Assembly: GCA_965246715.1 (NCBI GenBank)
Contig: CBDFFH010000055.1
Location: 1 to 64,000 of the forward strand
From: Chamaesiphon sp.
GTDB taxonomy: Bacteria > Cyanobacteriota > Cyanobacteriia > Cyanobacteriales > Chamaesiphonaceae
Direction of reading: 5' to 3'
Length of the DNA: 64,000 bases
Position numbers and translations under genes: made by a program
Notes under the pieces: model-generated
The model's input: only the letters and a program-made list of their open reading frames with translations
Told to the model about the DNA's origin: nothing
Databases searched by the model: none
Shown here: piece after piece, positions 40,382-49,139 of the stretch
Position numbering within the stretch: the first letter of the stretch is position 1
Layout of the letters: each line of letters opens with the position of its first letter

Positions 40382-41104
40382 ATGACAGAGACTTGTGTGT
40401 TAGTACATGGTGCTTGGATGGGCAAATTTTGTTGGGATGAAGTGTTATCCAAACTCGAAACTGCGGGTCATAACGTTCTGACACTCGATCTCCCAGCACA
40501 TGGAGATGACACCACGCCAGCTGAAGCAGTTACGCTGGAACAATATCGCGATGCCATTATTCAGTTAATCGGCGATCGCCCCAACGTAATACTCGTAGGA
40601 CATAGTATGGCGGGGATGCCGATTTCGATCGTTGCCGAAGCCATTCCGCAGCAACTCCAGGCATTAGTGTTTGTTAGTGCCTACTTGCCCCGCGATGGTG
40701 AAACCCTGCTACAACTCTCGCAAGAAGATCGGGAAAGCCGCGTTGGTGCCTATTGGCGACAGGAAGATCCAGAACACTATTCCCCACCTTGGATTGCGGC
40801 TGAAGGCATTGTCGAGGTCTTTTGTGCCGATTGTTCGCCCCAAATTCAGGAATTAGTTAAATCTCGGCATCGAACCGAACCCCTTTCACCATTTGTAACG
40901 CCTGTTGCGCTCACTGAAGGCAACTATGGCTCTGTGCCTCGCTATTATGTGGAAACACTCGACGATTGCGCTGTCAGTCATCAATTGCAAACTTTGATGC
41001 TAAGTCGTGTCAGCACGAACAAACGGTTTCAACTTCCCTGCTCGCACAGTCCATTTTTCTCGATGCCCGATCGCTTAGTCGCCTGTCTCACTGGCTTGGA
41101 ATGA
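40382..41104 (+). CDS. Alpha/beta hydrolase (methylesterase-like)
   Basis: LVHGAW, DLPAHG, nucleophile GHSMAG, catalytic SHSPF. Confidence 0.92.
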   Translation: MTETCVLVHGAWMGKFCWDEVLSKLETAGHNVLTLDLPAHGDDTTPAEAVTLEQYRDAIIQLIGDRPNVILVGHSMAGMPISIVAEAIPQQLQALVFVSAYLPRDGETLLQLSQEDRESRVGAYWRQEDPEHYSPPWIAAEGIVEVFCADCSPQIQELVKSRHRTEPLSPFVTPVALTEGNYGSVPRYYVETLDDCAVSHQLQTLMLSRVSTNKRFQLPCSHSPFFSMPDRLVACLTGLE

Positions 41105-41124
41105 TTCTGCCACAGATATAATTA

Positions 41125-41168
41125 TCAGCACAAAGGCTCGATCGAAACCGATCGAGCCTTTGTGCTGA
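41125..41168. terminator. Perfect 20-bp hairpin after the hydrolase gene
   Basis: tcagcacaaaggctcgatcg-aaac-cgatcgagcctttgtgctga. Confidence 0.7.
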
Positions 41169-41249
41169 ATGCGCTTTATCTATATCTACTGGCACCAATC
41201 GCTTTATAAAATTTGGCGATCGCGCTATTTTGAAGGTAGTGCGGCAAAA

Positions 41250-41520
41250 GTCGAATCTGCTAGCCCGCGCAGTCGCAATGAAATCCCCAACCATACCACT
41301 GGTGAATTTACCGGTGCGGTAATCGAAAATGCCGACTTTACCAACGTCCAAGAAATGTCTGAAGACCAACGCAAATACTGTTGTGCCTGGTGTGGTGAAG
41401 CCTCCCGCCAGACGATTCCCGGTGGCTGTGAAGGTATTCCTAGCAAAGTACCAGAGAAAAAACGTTAAAGTAACGATCGATTAGCCCCCAGAACAGCTAA
41501 ATCTAAAATTAGATAAAGTT
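41250..41520 (+). pseudogene. 271-bp direct repeat, right copy: orphan 3' end of the pentapeptide gene
   Basis: Encodes VESASPRSRNE...KVPEKKR*, identical to the C-terminus of 35665-36786 except Q>K. Confidence 0.92.
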
Positions 41521-41545
41521 GGTATTCTTGGTTCTACCGAACTTA

Positions 41546-41865
41546 CCTTGTTTGTCATTCTAGAAGATCTAAAATGGAAAGAGAGGGCATAAAGGAGACA
41601 GGGCATATGATACAGCCAAGAGCCTCACAACCGATTGGCAAATAAAATCTGGTTGGAAGTCAATGCTAAATAATATTCAGTTACTATTAGTACCACTTTT
41701 AGCTTTTAATTTAGTTAAACCTTGGTTGCGGGTTTTTAATAATCCTCTCCTTGTTAGTAGTTTTCTTACTTTGATTTCGCTTGTCAATCTCTGCGCTAAT
41801 GCCTTTATCAATCGAGACTTAACTACGATTCATTCATTTTCTTCTACCTAGAGTGACAAACAAGG
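41546..41865 (+). mobile_element. Internally deleted IS remnant, probably IS701 family
   Basis: TIR CCTTGTTTGTCATTCTAG / CTAGAGTGACAAACAAGG (17/18); inner frame WQIKSGWKSMLNNIQLLLVPLLAFNLVKPWLRVF...FSST* resembles cyanobacterial IS701 transposase C-termini (from memory). Confidence 0.65.
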
Positions 41866-41895
41866 GCTAAGGTCTAACTTCTGATGCTGCGATAT

Positions 41896-42477
41896 CTAGA
41901 CATGACTGAAGACAGTAGCAATTTGGGTCGATTGCTGACCGATTTTGGGTAAGTCTAATTCTAGCTTGGGTGGATGCGGTTGTTGTAGGCTAATACTTCT
42001 AACTGCGAGTCGATCGGTAACTGCAATTAGATCGGCTTGAAGTTGGCGATTTTCATGTTGCAATGCCATGATTTTTGACTTGATCGGAGCCAAGCGTTCG
42101 GCAAATTTACGCGTATAAACTTTAGGTAATTCGCGAATCACTTGTTCTAACATTTGACCGCGTTCGCTGAGTTCTCGGATCGTTTGGCGCAGTTGCTGAA
42201 TTTCGAGATCGCGGCGTTGGAGTTGGTCTTGATAATAATGAACTTGTTGTTCGACTCCTTGAAGTTGTTCGCGCAAAAGCCTGACTTCGGCTCGATAGTC
42301 GCCAGCTACTTCGGGTCTGGGTGCATAAGCAGTATTGTCTTTGACTAGCCGAAACAGTTCTTGTGATAACTGTTGGACTAGTTTGTCACGCGTGCTGAGT
42401 TCTTCGCGAAACCGCGCGATTTCTGCCTTGAGAGTAGATACGTTAGTGGATTGAGTTTGGTTCACAGTGTCGCCCAC
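41896..42477 (-). CDS. Cyanobacterial coiled-coil protein (Npun_F5560-like)
   Basis: RDKLVQQLSQELFRLVK and MLEQVIRELPKVYTRKFAERL. Confidence 0.8.
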   Translation of the reverse strand: MGDTVNQTQSTNVSTLKAEIARFREELSTRDKLVQQLSQELFRLVKDNTAYAPRPEVAGDYRAEVRLLREQLQGVEQQVHYYQDQLQRRDLEIQQLRQTIRELSERGQMLEQVIRELPKVYTRKFAERLAPIKSKIMALQHENRQLQADLIAVTDRLAVRSISLQQPHPPKLELDLPKIGQQSTQIATVFSHV

Positions 42478-42634
42478 AATGTTTAAGCTAAACTTACCAG
42501 AAATCCTGGTCTGGTGGCTAGGGGGTAGTGAGGTAGTAAATATCTAAAGATCGCCAGTTCGGTCAACTATCCCATCACCTCGGATCGTGATAGTGTTATG
42601 GAAGCAAACATATCAGCCAGCGAACGGGCAGCTA

Positions 42635-44068
42635 ATGATGAGCGCAGGTAGTAGCAGTAAGCATCAAATTAATTTTGGGACTGACGGTTGGCGGGGCATT
42701 ATCGCAGATGATTTTACATTTGCGAATGTGTGTAAGGTAACATGCGCGATCGCCGCCTATCTCAGCACGGCATACAGTCAGGATCGTCCTGTCTTGATTG
42801 CCTATGATACTAGATTTTTAGCAGAAAAATTCGCGCAGACAGCGGCGGAAGTATTGGCCGACTTGGGTTGGACGGTGAAAGTTGTCGATCGAGATTGTCC
42901 GACACCAGTAATTGCTTACAATGCTAGGTTATTAAACTCGGCGGGTGCGCTGATGTTTACCGCAAGTCACAATCCAGCACCTTATTGTGGGATTAAGTAT
43001 ATTCCCGATTATGCTGGGCCAGCGACTCCATCGATTACCGATACGATCGTCGCAAATCTAGCAACTGCTAGCGATGCGCCGCCAGAAAATAAACATGGCG
43101 ATCGGATTAGTACTTTCGATCCGCAACCAGAATATTTTAAATTTATTTACACGATTTTAGATGTCGATCGGATTCGATCGGCGAAACTAAAAGTTAAATA
43201 TGATGCGATGTACTCTACGTCGCGGGGATATTTAGATAAAGTCTTGATTCACTGCGGCTGCGAGATCGAAACTTTTCACATGCAGCGGGATGTGCTATTT
43301 GGGGGTGGAATGCCAGAACCCAAAGCCGAACTCTTAGGCGAACTGATCGCTGCAGTCCAAAACGATAAAGCCGATCTCGGTGTCGCGACGGATGGTGATA
43401 GCGATCGATTTGGGATCGTAGACGAACTCGGTAACGTCCTCACGCCAAATACCGTCTTACTCGTCCTTGCCAAGCATTTAATCAAGAATAAGGGTAAAAC
43501 GGGTGCGATCGTCCGCACGGTGGCAACTACCCACCTCCTAGACAACTTTGCAGCCAAGCATGGTGTTCCCCTAATTGAAACCGCTGTTGGATTCAAATAT
43601 ATCGGCGAGCAAATGCGCCAAACCCAGGTACTCATTGGTGGGGAAGAATCTGGTGGATTGAGTATCATCGGACATATTCCCGAAAAAGATGGGGTATTAG
43701 CCGATATGCTGATTGCGGAAGCGATCGCGTATGAAGGCAAACCATTGAGTCAAATGGTCGAGGAAGTCATCGCCGAAGCTGGTGGCCCCCTGTATAACCG
43801 TCGTCTGGATTTACATCTAGACAACGCTCACAAAAAGACGGTGATGGAGACTTATACTACCAATCCGCCAACAAATATCGCGGGGATTGATGTTAAAGAA
43901 GTCGGTCGCAAAGATGGGGTCAAATTCTATCTCACCGATGGTAGTTGGATTCTGTTGCGCGCCTCCGGTACCGAACCGTTGATCCGCGTTTATCTAGAAA
44001 CCCATTCTCCCGAACAGTTGCAGAAACTAGCATCAACGATGGAAGCTGCGATCGATGCTCTGAAGTAA
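42635..44068 (+). CDS. Phosphoglucomutase/phosphomannomutase family protein
   Basis: FGTDGWRG, TASHNP (phosphoserine), DGDSDR, GGEESGG, LRASGTEP. Confidence 0.96.
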   Translation: MMSAGSSSKHQINFGTDGWRGIIADDFTFANVCKVTCAIAAYLSTAYSQDRPVLIAYDTRFLAEKFAQTAAEVLADLGWTVKVVDRDCPTPVIAYNARLLNSAGALMFTASHNPAPYCGIKYIPDYAGPATPSITDTIVANLATASDAPPENKHGDRISTFDPQPEYFKFIYTILDVDRIRSAKLKVKYDAMYSTSRGYLDKVLIHCGCEIETFHMQRDVLFGGGMPEPKAELLGELIAAVQNDKADLGVATDGDSDRFGIVDELGNVLTPNTVLLVLAKHLIKNKGKTGAIVRTVATTHLLDNFAAKHGVPLIETAVGFKYIGEQMRQTQVLIGGEESGGLSIIGHIPEKDGVLADMLIAEAIAYEGKPLSQMVEEVIAEAGGPLYNRRLDLHLDNAHKKTVMETYTTNPPTNIAGIDVKEVGRKDGVKFYLTDGSWILLRASGTEPLIRVYLETHSPEQLQKLASTMEAAIDALK

Positions 44069-44091
44069 GATTATCGATCGAGCTACTATAA

Positions 44092-44125
44092 AGATCCCCG
44101 ACTTCTCGAAAGAAGTCGGGGATCT
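44092..44125. repeat. Palindromic extragenic repeat or terminator
   Basis: AGATCCCCGACTTCT-CGAA-AGAAGTCGGGGATCT, a perfect 15-bp stem. Confidence 0.75.
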
Positions 44126-44223
44126 GGCATTTATAATTGTTTCGTGCTAGGCATCGAGTGAAGCCGAGATGCAATCCCCAATCTAGCGTTATCCAAATCT
44201 AAATTCCTCGTCCTCAATCGATT

Positions 44224-44988
44224 ATGGCTAATATTGGAACAATTGCCGTTCGGTTTTATGCGCGTGCTGGCAATCGATATAATGATGGATTAAAAGAAGC
44301 ATATATATTGCGATTGTTATTAGGAGATCGGTTTTCCTACAACGTGCCAGTATATATAGATTATGGTTTTGGGTATCTTGACATACAATATGGTTCTCGT
44401 TGGGCTTCGGCACAGAGAGTAAAAGATGTTATCGATCGATACGGACATTTATTCGATCGAACTTGGATAAGGTATAGCGATGACGGAAGAAATGAAGATT
44501 ATTTATTTCCTTGGGATAAAGACGATTGGGAGAAGGAAACCCCTTTTGATACGCGCAAATGTCGATATGGGATCGATCGAATTAAAATTTACGATCGAGA
44601 GCCACCCGATGAGAGCTGGCAAGCTGATGGCGATGGATGGACTCTAGCAATCGAAGGAGGTTATTACACATTGAATAGTCGCTCGACTTTAGGAGATCGG
44701 ATGTGTCCTATTTCAACTCTGACAACTCCCACCGATGGGTTTGCTAATCTCTATGACTTAGTGCCAGAGGCTTTTGCCAAAATTCATGAGACACTTCCAA
44801 AAGATCGATGTCGGATTGAATATCTTTGGAAAGACAGAATCGTTCATGTCTCTTTTCCTTGTAAATCCGATGGTTTCTCTGAAGATCCGTGGGTAGAATA
44901 CTCGCTTGACTATGGGGATAATTGTGTCGATCCAGAATATCTTGATTACCACGAAAGGATGAGAAAATCGATCTCTAGGTCATTGTAG
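44224..44988 (+). CDS. Hypothetical protein
   Basis: 254-aa open frame, Asp/Trp/Tyr-rich, no recognised motif. Confidence 0.7.
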   Translation: MANIGTIAVRFYARAGNRYNDGLKEAYILRLLLGDRFSYNVPVYIDYGFGYLDIQYGSRWASAQRVKDVIDRYGHLFDRTWIRYSDDGRNEDYLFPWDKDDWEKETPFDTRKCRYGIDRIKIYDREPPDESWQADGDGWTLAIEGGYYTLNSRSTLGDRMCPISTLTTPTDGFANLYDLVPEAFAKIHETLPKDRCRIEYLWKDRIVHVSFPCKSDGFSEDPWVEYSLDYGDNCVDPEYLDYHERMRKSISRSL

Positions 44989-45041
44989 GCATCATAGGTA
45001 ACAAGTTATAAATTGACTTGGCAGAAAAACCCAACACAATT

Positions 45042-45220
45042 CAGCATATAATACTCCGTAGGGTGGGCACTGTCCACAGTCTAGATTTTGGTTATAATCT
45101 AGGGTGAAAAATTGCACCTACCTACTTAACAGCATATAATACTCCGTAGGGTGGGCACTGCCCACAGTCTAGATTTTGGTTGTAATCTATGGTGAAAAAT
45201 TGCACCTACCTACTTAACAG
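45042..45220. repeat. 88-bp tandem duplication containing a GTAG REP-like hairpin
   Basis: 45042-45129 and 45130-45217 differ at about 3 positions; each has GTAGGGTGGGCACTG(T/C)CCAC and ends GCACCTACCTACTTAA. Confidence 0.9.
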
Positions 45221-45226
45221 AGTCAG

Positions 45227-45448
45227 ATGACTAATTTTATTATCTCGGCGATCGCGGCTAGCTGGATCTTACTATTAGCACTAATCTCCGTGCAAAATGC
45301 CACGATTGTCAGCCTCAAATTCTTAATTTGGCAATCGATCGAGTTACCTTGGGGTTTGATTTTAGCTGGTGCGGTCGGAATTGGCTTTGTGCTGGGTGGG
45401 TGGTTATCGCAACTGAGTAGTGACTTCAACGCTGCAAAACGCAGGTAA
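45227..45448 (+). CDS. LapA/DUF1049-family small membrane protein
   Basis: LISVQNATIVSLKFLIWQSIELPWG with two TM segments. Confidence 0.8.
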   Translation: MTNFIISAIAASWILLLALISVQNATIVSLKFLIWQSIELPWGLILAGAVGIGFVLGGWLSQLSSDFNAAKRR

Positions 45449-45504
45449 GATCGACCTAACATCAAGGTCTGACTAGTTACATCTCATCGCACCGATCGCA
45501 CGCG

Positions 45505-45699
45505 CTAGTCCTGCGGCTGACCGAGATCGTCCGCTTCCACGATCGAGTCATCTTTAGACATTGGTTTACTCTTAGCCTTGCGAATCAATTGAGCGATCGT
45601 CCGCGAAAGGGAAAGCCCCGACTCCTTCGCCAGCTTTTCCAGCTTCTCGCGTTCTATCTCGTCCAAAGACACATTCAGTCGATTTTTTTTGGTGCTCAC
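45505..45699 (-). CDS. Ribbon-helix-helix (CopG-like) DNA-binding protein
   Basis: RLNVSLDEIEREKLEKLAKESGLSLSRTIAQLIR. Confidence 0.7.
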   Translation of the reverse strand: MSTKKNRLNVSLDEIEREKLEKLAKESGLSLSRTIAQLIRKAKSKPMSKDDSIVEADDLGQPQD

Positions 45700-46007
45700 A
45701 GTGCAAAAGTGGTGTAACTATGGTACCTGTTTCCCCAGTTAGAAACTCGGCAGGGTCTAGATTATTAACGTTTGTGACAAAGACGATCGGAAACAGACAT
45801 AGAGATCGCAAAACATTGTATAAATTTAATTTAACAGGTAGCAGTGGTTGCTGAGCGATCGCATAGTGCAGACTGGCGAAAACTTGTTAGCCTCTCATAT
45901 TAATACGAGAGTTTTCACAGATTTATTAAGCTATGTTACGCAATGAGCGCGGCAATAGCGAATAAACTTGATACCAAAACGATTAAACCCACAAGGAATT
46001 AAAAATT

Positions 46008-46526
46008 ATGTTAGACGGATTTTCTAAAGTAGTGGCTCAAGCCGACGCACAAGGTCAATACATCAGTGCCGCTCAATTAGATGCGTTATCGGCAATGGTT
46101 GCGGATGGCAACAAACGGATGGATACCGTCAACCGGATCACGAGCAACTCGTCAACGATCGTCGCTAACGCAGCACGTTCATTGTTTGCCGAACAACCGA
46201 ACTTGATCGCTCCCGGTGGAAACGCTTACACCAACCGTCGCATGGCTGCTTGCTTGCGCGACATGGAAATCATCCTCCGCTATGTTACTTACGCGATTTT
46301 TGCAGGCGATGCTTCCGTCTTAGACGATCGCTGCTTGAATGGCTTACGCGAAACTTACTTAGCACTGGGTACTCCTGGTGCTTCGGTAGCTGTTGGCGTT
46401 GGCAAAATGAAAGATGCTGCCCTAGCAATTGCTGGCGACAAAAATGGCATCACCAATGGCGATTGTAGCTCCTTGATGTCCGAAGTTGCTAGCTACTTCG
46501 ATCGCGCTGCTGCTGCTGTCGGTTAA
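46008..46526 (+). CDS. cpcB: C-phycocyanin beta subunit
   Basis: [39 protein letters not shown], chromophore Cys in GDCSSL. Confidence 0.98.
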   Translation: MLDGFSKVVAQADAQGQYISAAQLDALSAMVADGNKRMDTVNRITSNSSTIVANAARSLFAEQPNLIAPGGNAYTNRRMAACLRDMEIILRYVTYAIFAGDASVLDDRCLNGLRETYLALGTPGASVAVGVGKMKDAALAIAGDKNGITNGDCSSLMSEVASYFDRAAAAVG

Positions 46527-46649
46527 AAGATTTTGGATTTTGGATTTTGGATTGTATCCAAGGCTCAGAGTCTGAGGTTGCAAAATCGTTATCTTTGTCT
46601 GCCGCAATTTATCAACTTTTATTCAGAACCAGTCACCTAATTAAAGAAC

Positions 46650-47138
46650 ATGAAAACTCCATTAACCGAAGCAGTATCTACCGCTGATTCCCAAGGTCGC
46701 TTTTTGAGCAGCACTGAAATGCAAGTAGCTTTCGGTCGGTTCCGTCAAGCTGGTGCGAGCTTAGAAGCAGCCAAAGGTTTGACTTCTAAAGCTGATGCCT
46801 TGACTAAAGGTGCCGCTAACGCTGTATACCAAAAATTCCCCTACACCACTCAAATGCAAGGCCCTAACTTTGCTGCTGACGAGCGTGGTAAAGCCAAATG
46901 TGCTCGTGACATCGGTTACTATCTCCGCATGGTTACCTACTGTCTAGTTGTCGGTGGTACTGGCCCCATGGATGACTACCTCATTGGTGGTTTGGCTGAA
47001 ATCAACAAGACTTTCGACCTATCCCCTAGCTGGTATGTTGAAGCACTCAAGTACATCAAAGGCAACCACGGTTTGTCTGGTGATGCTGCTGTTGAAGCTA
47101 ATTCCTACCTCGACTATGCCATCAATGCCTTGAGCTAG
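46650..47138 (+). CDS. cpcA: C-phycocyanin alpha subunit
   Basis: [43 protein letters not shown]. Confidence 0.98.
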   Translation: MKTPLTEAVSTADSQGRFLSSTEMQVAFGRFRQAGASLEAAKGLTSKADALTKGAANAVYQKFPYTTQMQGPNFAADERGKAKCARDIGYYLRMVTYCLVVGGTGPMDDYLIGGLAEINKTFDLSPSWYVEALKYIKGNHGLSGDAAVEANSYLDYAINALS

Positions 47139-47191
47139 TCGATTTCTCGACGATGCGATCGATGCTTTGAGCTAGTCGTTAGTCAATCGAA

Positions 47192-47256
47192 CCCGCAGTT
47201 ATATCCGCTTACTGGCAATTTCGTCGGCGATAGGATGTGACTGCGGGAATTTTTTT
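47192..47256 (+). terminator. Stem-loop plus T-run after cpcA
   Basis: cccgcagttatatcc ... ggatgtgactgcggg followed by a T-run. Confidence 0.6.
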
Positions 47257-47404
47257 AGGGGAGAGGGGGAGAGTGGGGGAAATAATTGGTAGGAATCAAT
47301 CCGCAATCCGTAATCCACACAATCCCCAATCGAACCAGGAGAGTGTGAATATCAAGGCAGGATTGGGTTAAGGTAGATTCAGATAGTTATCGATCGATAA
47401 AGCA

Positions 47405-48220
47405 ATGAATGATGAATCTCCGATTATCGATGGCGAGCCGTTAACTGTACCCCAAGCGATCGCTAATCTCTCTGGGGAAGATTTAGGTCTGCGGATCTAT
47501 GCAGCTTGGTGGTTGGGTAAATTTCGGGTGGACGCTCCTCCGGTTGTCCCTGGATTGATTGCCGCGTTAGAAGATGAAGCGGATCGCACGCCCGATGGTG
47601 GCTATCCGTTGCGGCGCAATGCAGCGAGAGCTTTAGGTAAATTAAGCGATCGCAGTGCCGTACCCGCCTTAATTGCTGCTCTAAATTGCACAGATTTTTA
47701 TGTGCGGGAGGCTGCAGCACAGTCTTTAGAAATGTTAGGCGATCCGATCTGTGTTCCACAGTTGACTCAGCTTATCTCGGCAGTAGTGCAAGATGGTAAG
47801 TTACTGCCACAGGGGGAAGATTTTTCACAGCCTTATGATGCGATCGTAGAAGCATTAGGCACGCTGGGTGCGACAGCTGCGGTACCCTCGATCCAACCCT
47901 TCCTCTCACATCCGATTCCCCGAGTTAAATATGCAGCGGCACGGGCGATGTACCAATTGACTCAGGATGACACCTATGGCGATCGATTGGTCGAATTCTT
48001 ATCAGATAGCAATTTGCAAGTCAGGCGGGCATTGCTGTCCGATTTAGGTGCGATCGGGTATCTTCCCGCAGCAGTGCCAATCTCCCAAGCACATGCCGAA
48101 AATAGTCTGAAATTAATCGCGCTCAAAGGATTATTAGAGAAGCAAATTATGCTCTCGCCCCTCGATCGATTATCGGATGGTGCGATTCAAGTCATGCAGT
48201 TGATGGATGAATTGCTGTGA
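47405..48220 (+). CDS. cpcE: Phycocyanin alpha phycocyanobilin lyase CpcE
   Basis: HEAT repeats; DLGLRIYAAWWLGK, GGYPLRRNAARALGK, AENSLKLIALKGLLE. Confidence 0.93.
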   Translation: MNDESPIIDGEPLTVPQAIANLSGEDLGLRIYAAWWLGKFRVDAPPVVPGLIAALEDEADRTPDGGYPLRRNAARALGKLSDRSAVPALIAALNCTDFYVREAAAQSLEMLGDPICVPQLTQLISAVVQDGKLLPQGEDFSQPYDAIVEALGTLGATAAVPSIQPFLSHPIPRVKYAAARAMYQLTQDDTYGDRLVEFLSDSNLQVRRALLSDLGAIGYLPAAVPISQAHAENSLKLIALKGLLEKQIMLSPLDRLSDGAIQVMQLMDELL

Positions 48221-48398
48221 GCGCGCTGCAAAGATTGGAATAGTCGGATTGAATAGTTTTAGTAAAATTGAAAATGATTGCTTCGATCGATCCAACTTTA
48301 TTGATAAAGAGAATTAGCATCGATCGATGATGTCCGATTTAGATCGAGCCAGCAGTGAATTTGATTACCCGATCGGGTTCACTACTGTTGATGCGCCA

Positions 48399-49025
48399 CT
48401 AACTACGATTCTTCTGCCGATCGGACGCTAACTTCCGTCTTACCAGTACAGTCGCAAAACCCACGATCGCCGTACCGATTAGACTAGAAGGTTCTGGTAC
48501 TGCCGTTGCTACAGGAGTGAAGATAATATCGACTGCATAATCAGTACTTCCACCAAAAAAATCACCAGCATTCGGGTAACCCCCTGGGTAAGTACTCCCA
48601 GATCCATTCGTTAAGTTGCCAAATACTGCCAGCACTGCCCGATAATTGCCCGCTGATAAAATCGTGCTGAAATTAAAATCTGGGTCGCCAGAAGGAGTGT
48701 CGTCGCTATCGACAAGCCACTTATTTGACGAATCAAAAATAGTGATATTGGGATCGAAACCTCCAGCCGAGATCGTGTTTCCGACATAATTAGTGCCGCT
48801 ACCAGATCCACCATAACCATAAGATCTAAGTGTCACGTTCGAGGCACTAGCGATTGTAAACGGGAGCGAAACCAAGTCGTTAGCACCGGCTAATTTTCCG
48901 GTACACGAACGACTGCCAGTTCCAGCACATGTAATAATTACAGCCCGTGCGGGTGCAGAATCGATCGCGATGGCAGTCGTGGCAGTTGCAATGCCTAAAA
49001 GTGCGGCAATTGTTAAGTTTTTCAT
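48399..49025 (-). CDS. PEP-CTERM surface protein (DVUA0089/PPC-like domain)
   Basis: Signal peptide, SYGYGG...ISAGGFDPNITIFD, C-terminal VPEPSSLIGTAIVGFATVLVRRK. Confidence 0.88.
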   Translation of the reverse strand: MKNLTIAALLGIATATTAIAIDSAPARAVIITCAGTGSRSCTGKLAGANDLVSLPFTIASASNVTLRSYGYGGSGSGTNYVGNTISAGGFDPNITIFDSSNKWLVDSDDTPSGDPDFNFSTILSAGNYRAVLAVFGNLTNGSGSTYPGGYPNAGDFFGGSTDYAVDIIFTPVATAVPEPSSLIGTAIVGFATVLVRRKLASDRQKNRS

Positions 49026-49139
49026 GATTTATATTCGGATAGATGAGTTAAAAAGCAGCAGGAAAAGTGGCGATTTATTTGTCGATTTACCGAGCGGCAA
49101 TTACCGCTCGGCATCGATTTTAGACGTAGAGCGCGACGA

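Noticed and set aside
41169..41468. 99-aa ORF as an independent gene
   Set aside because: It is the duplicated pentapeptide-gene tail with an unrelated short leader.
45042..45220. Possible CRISPR array
   Set aside because: Two near-identical 88-bp units with no unique spacers and no cas genes.
45760..45945. RpaB/HLR1 or chromatic-acclimation boxes upstream of cpcB
   Set aside because: Only partial TTAC/TTAA-type matches; no clean direct repeat could be supported.
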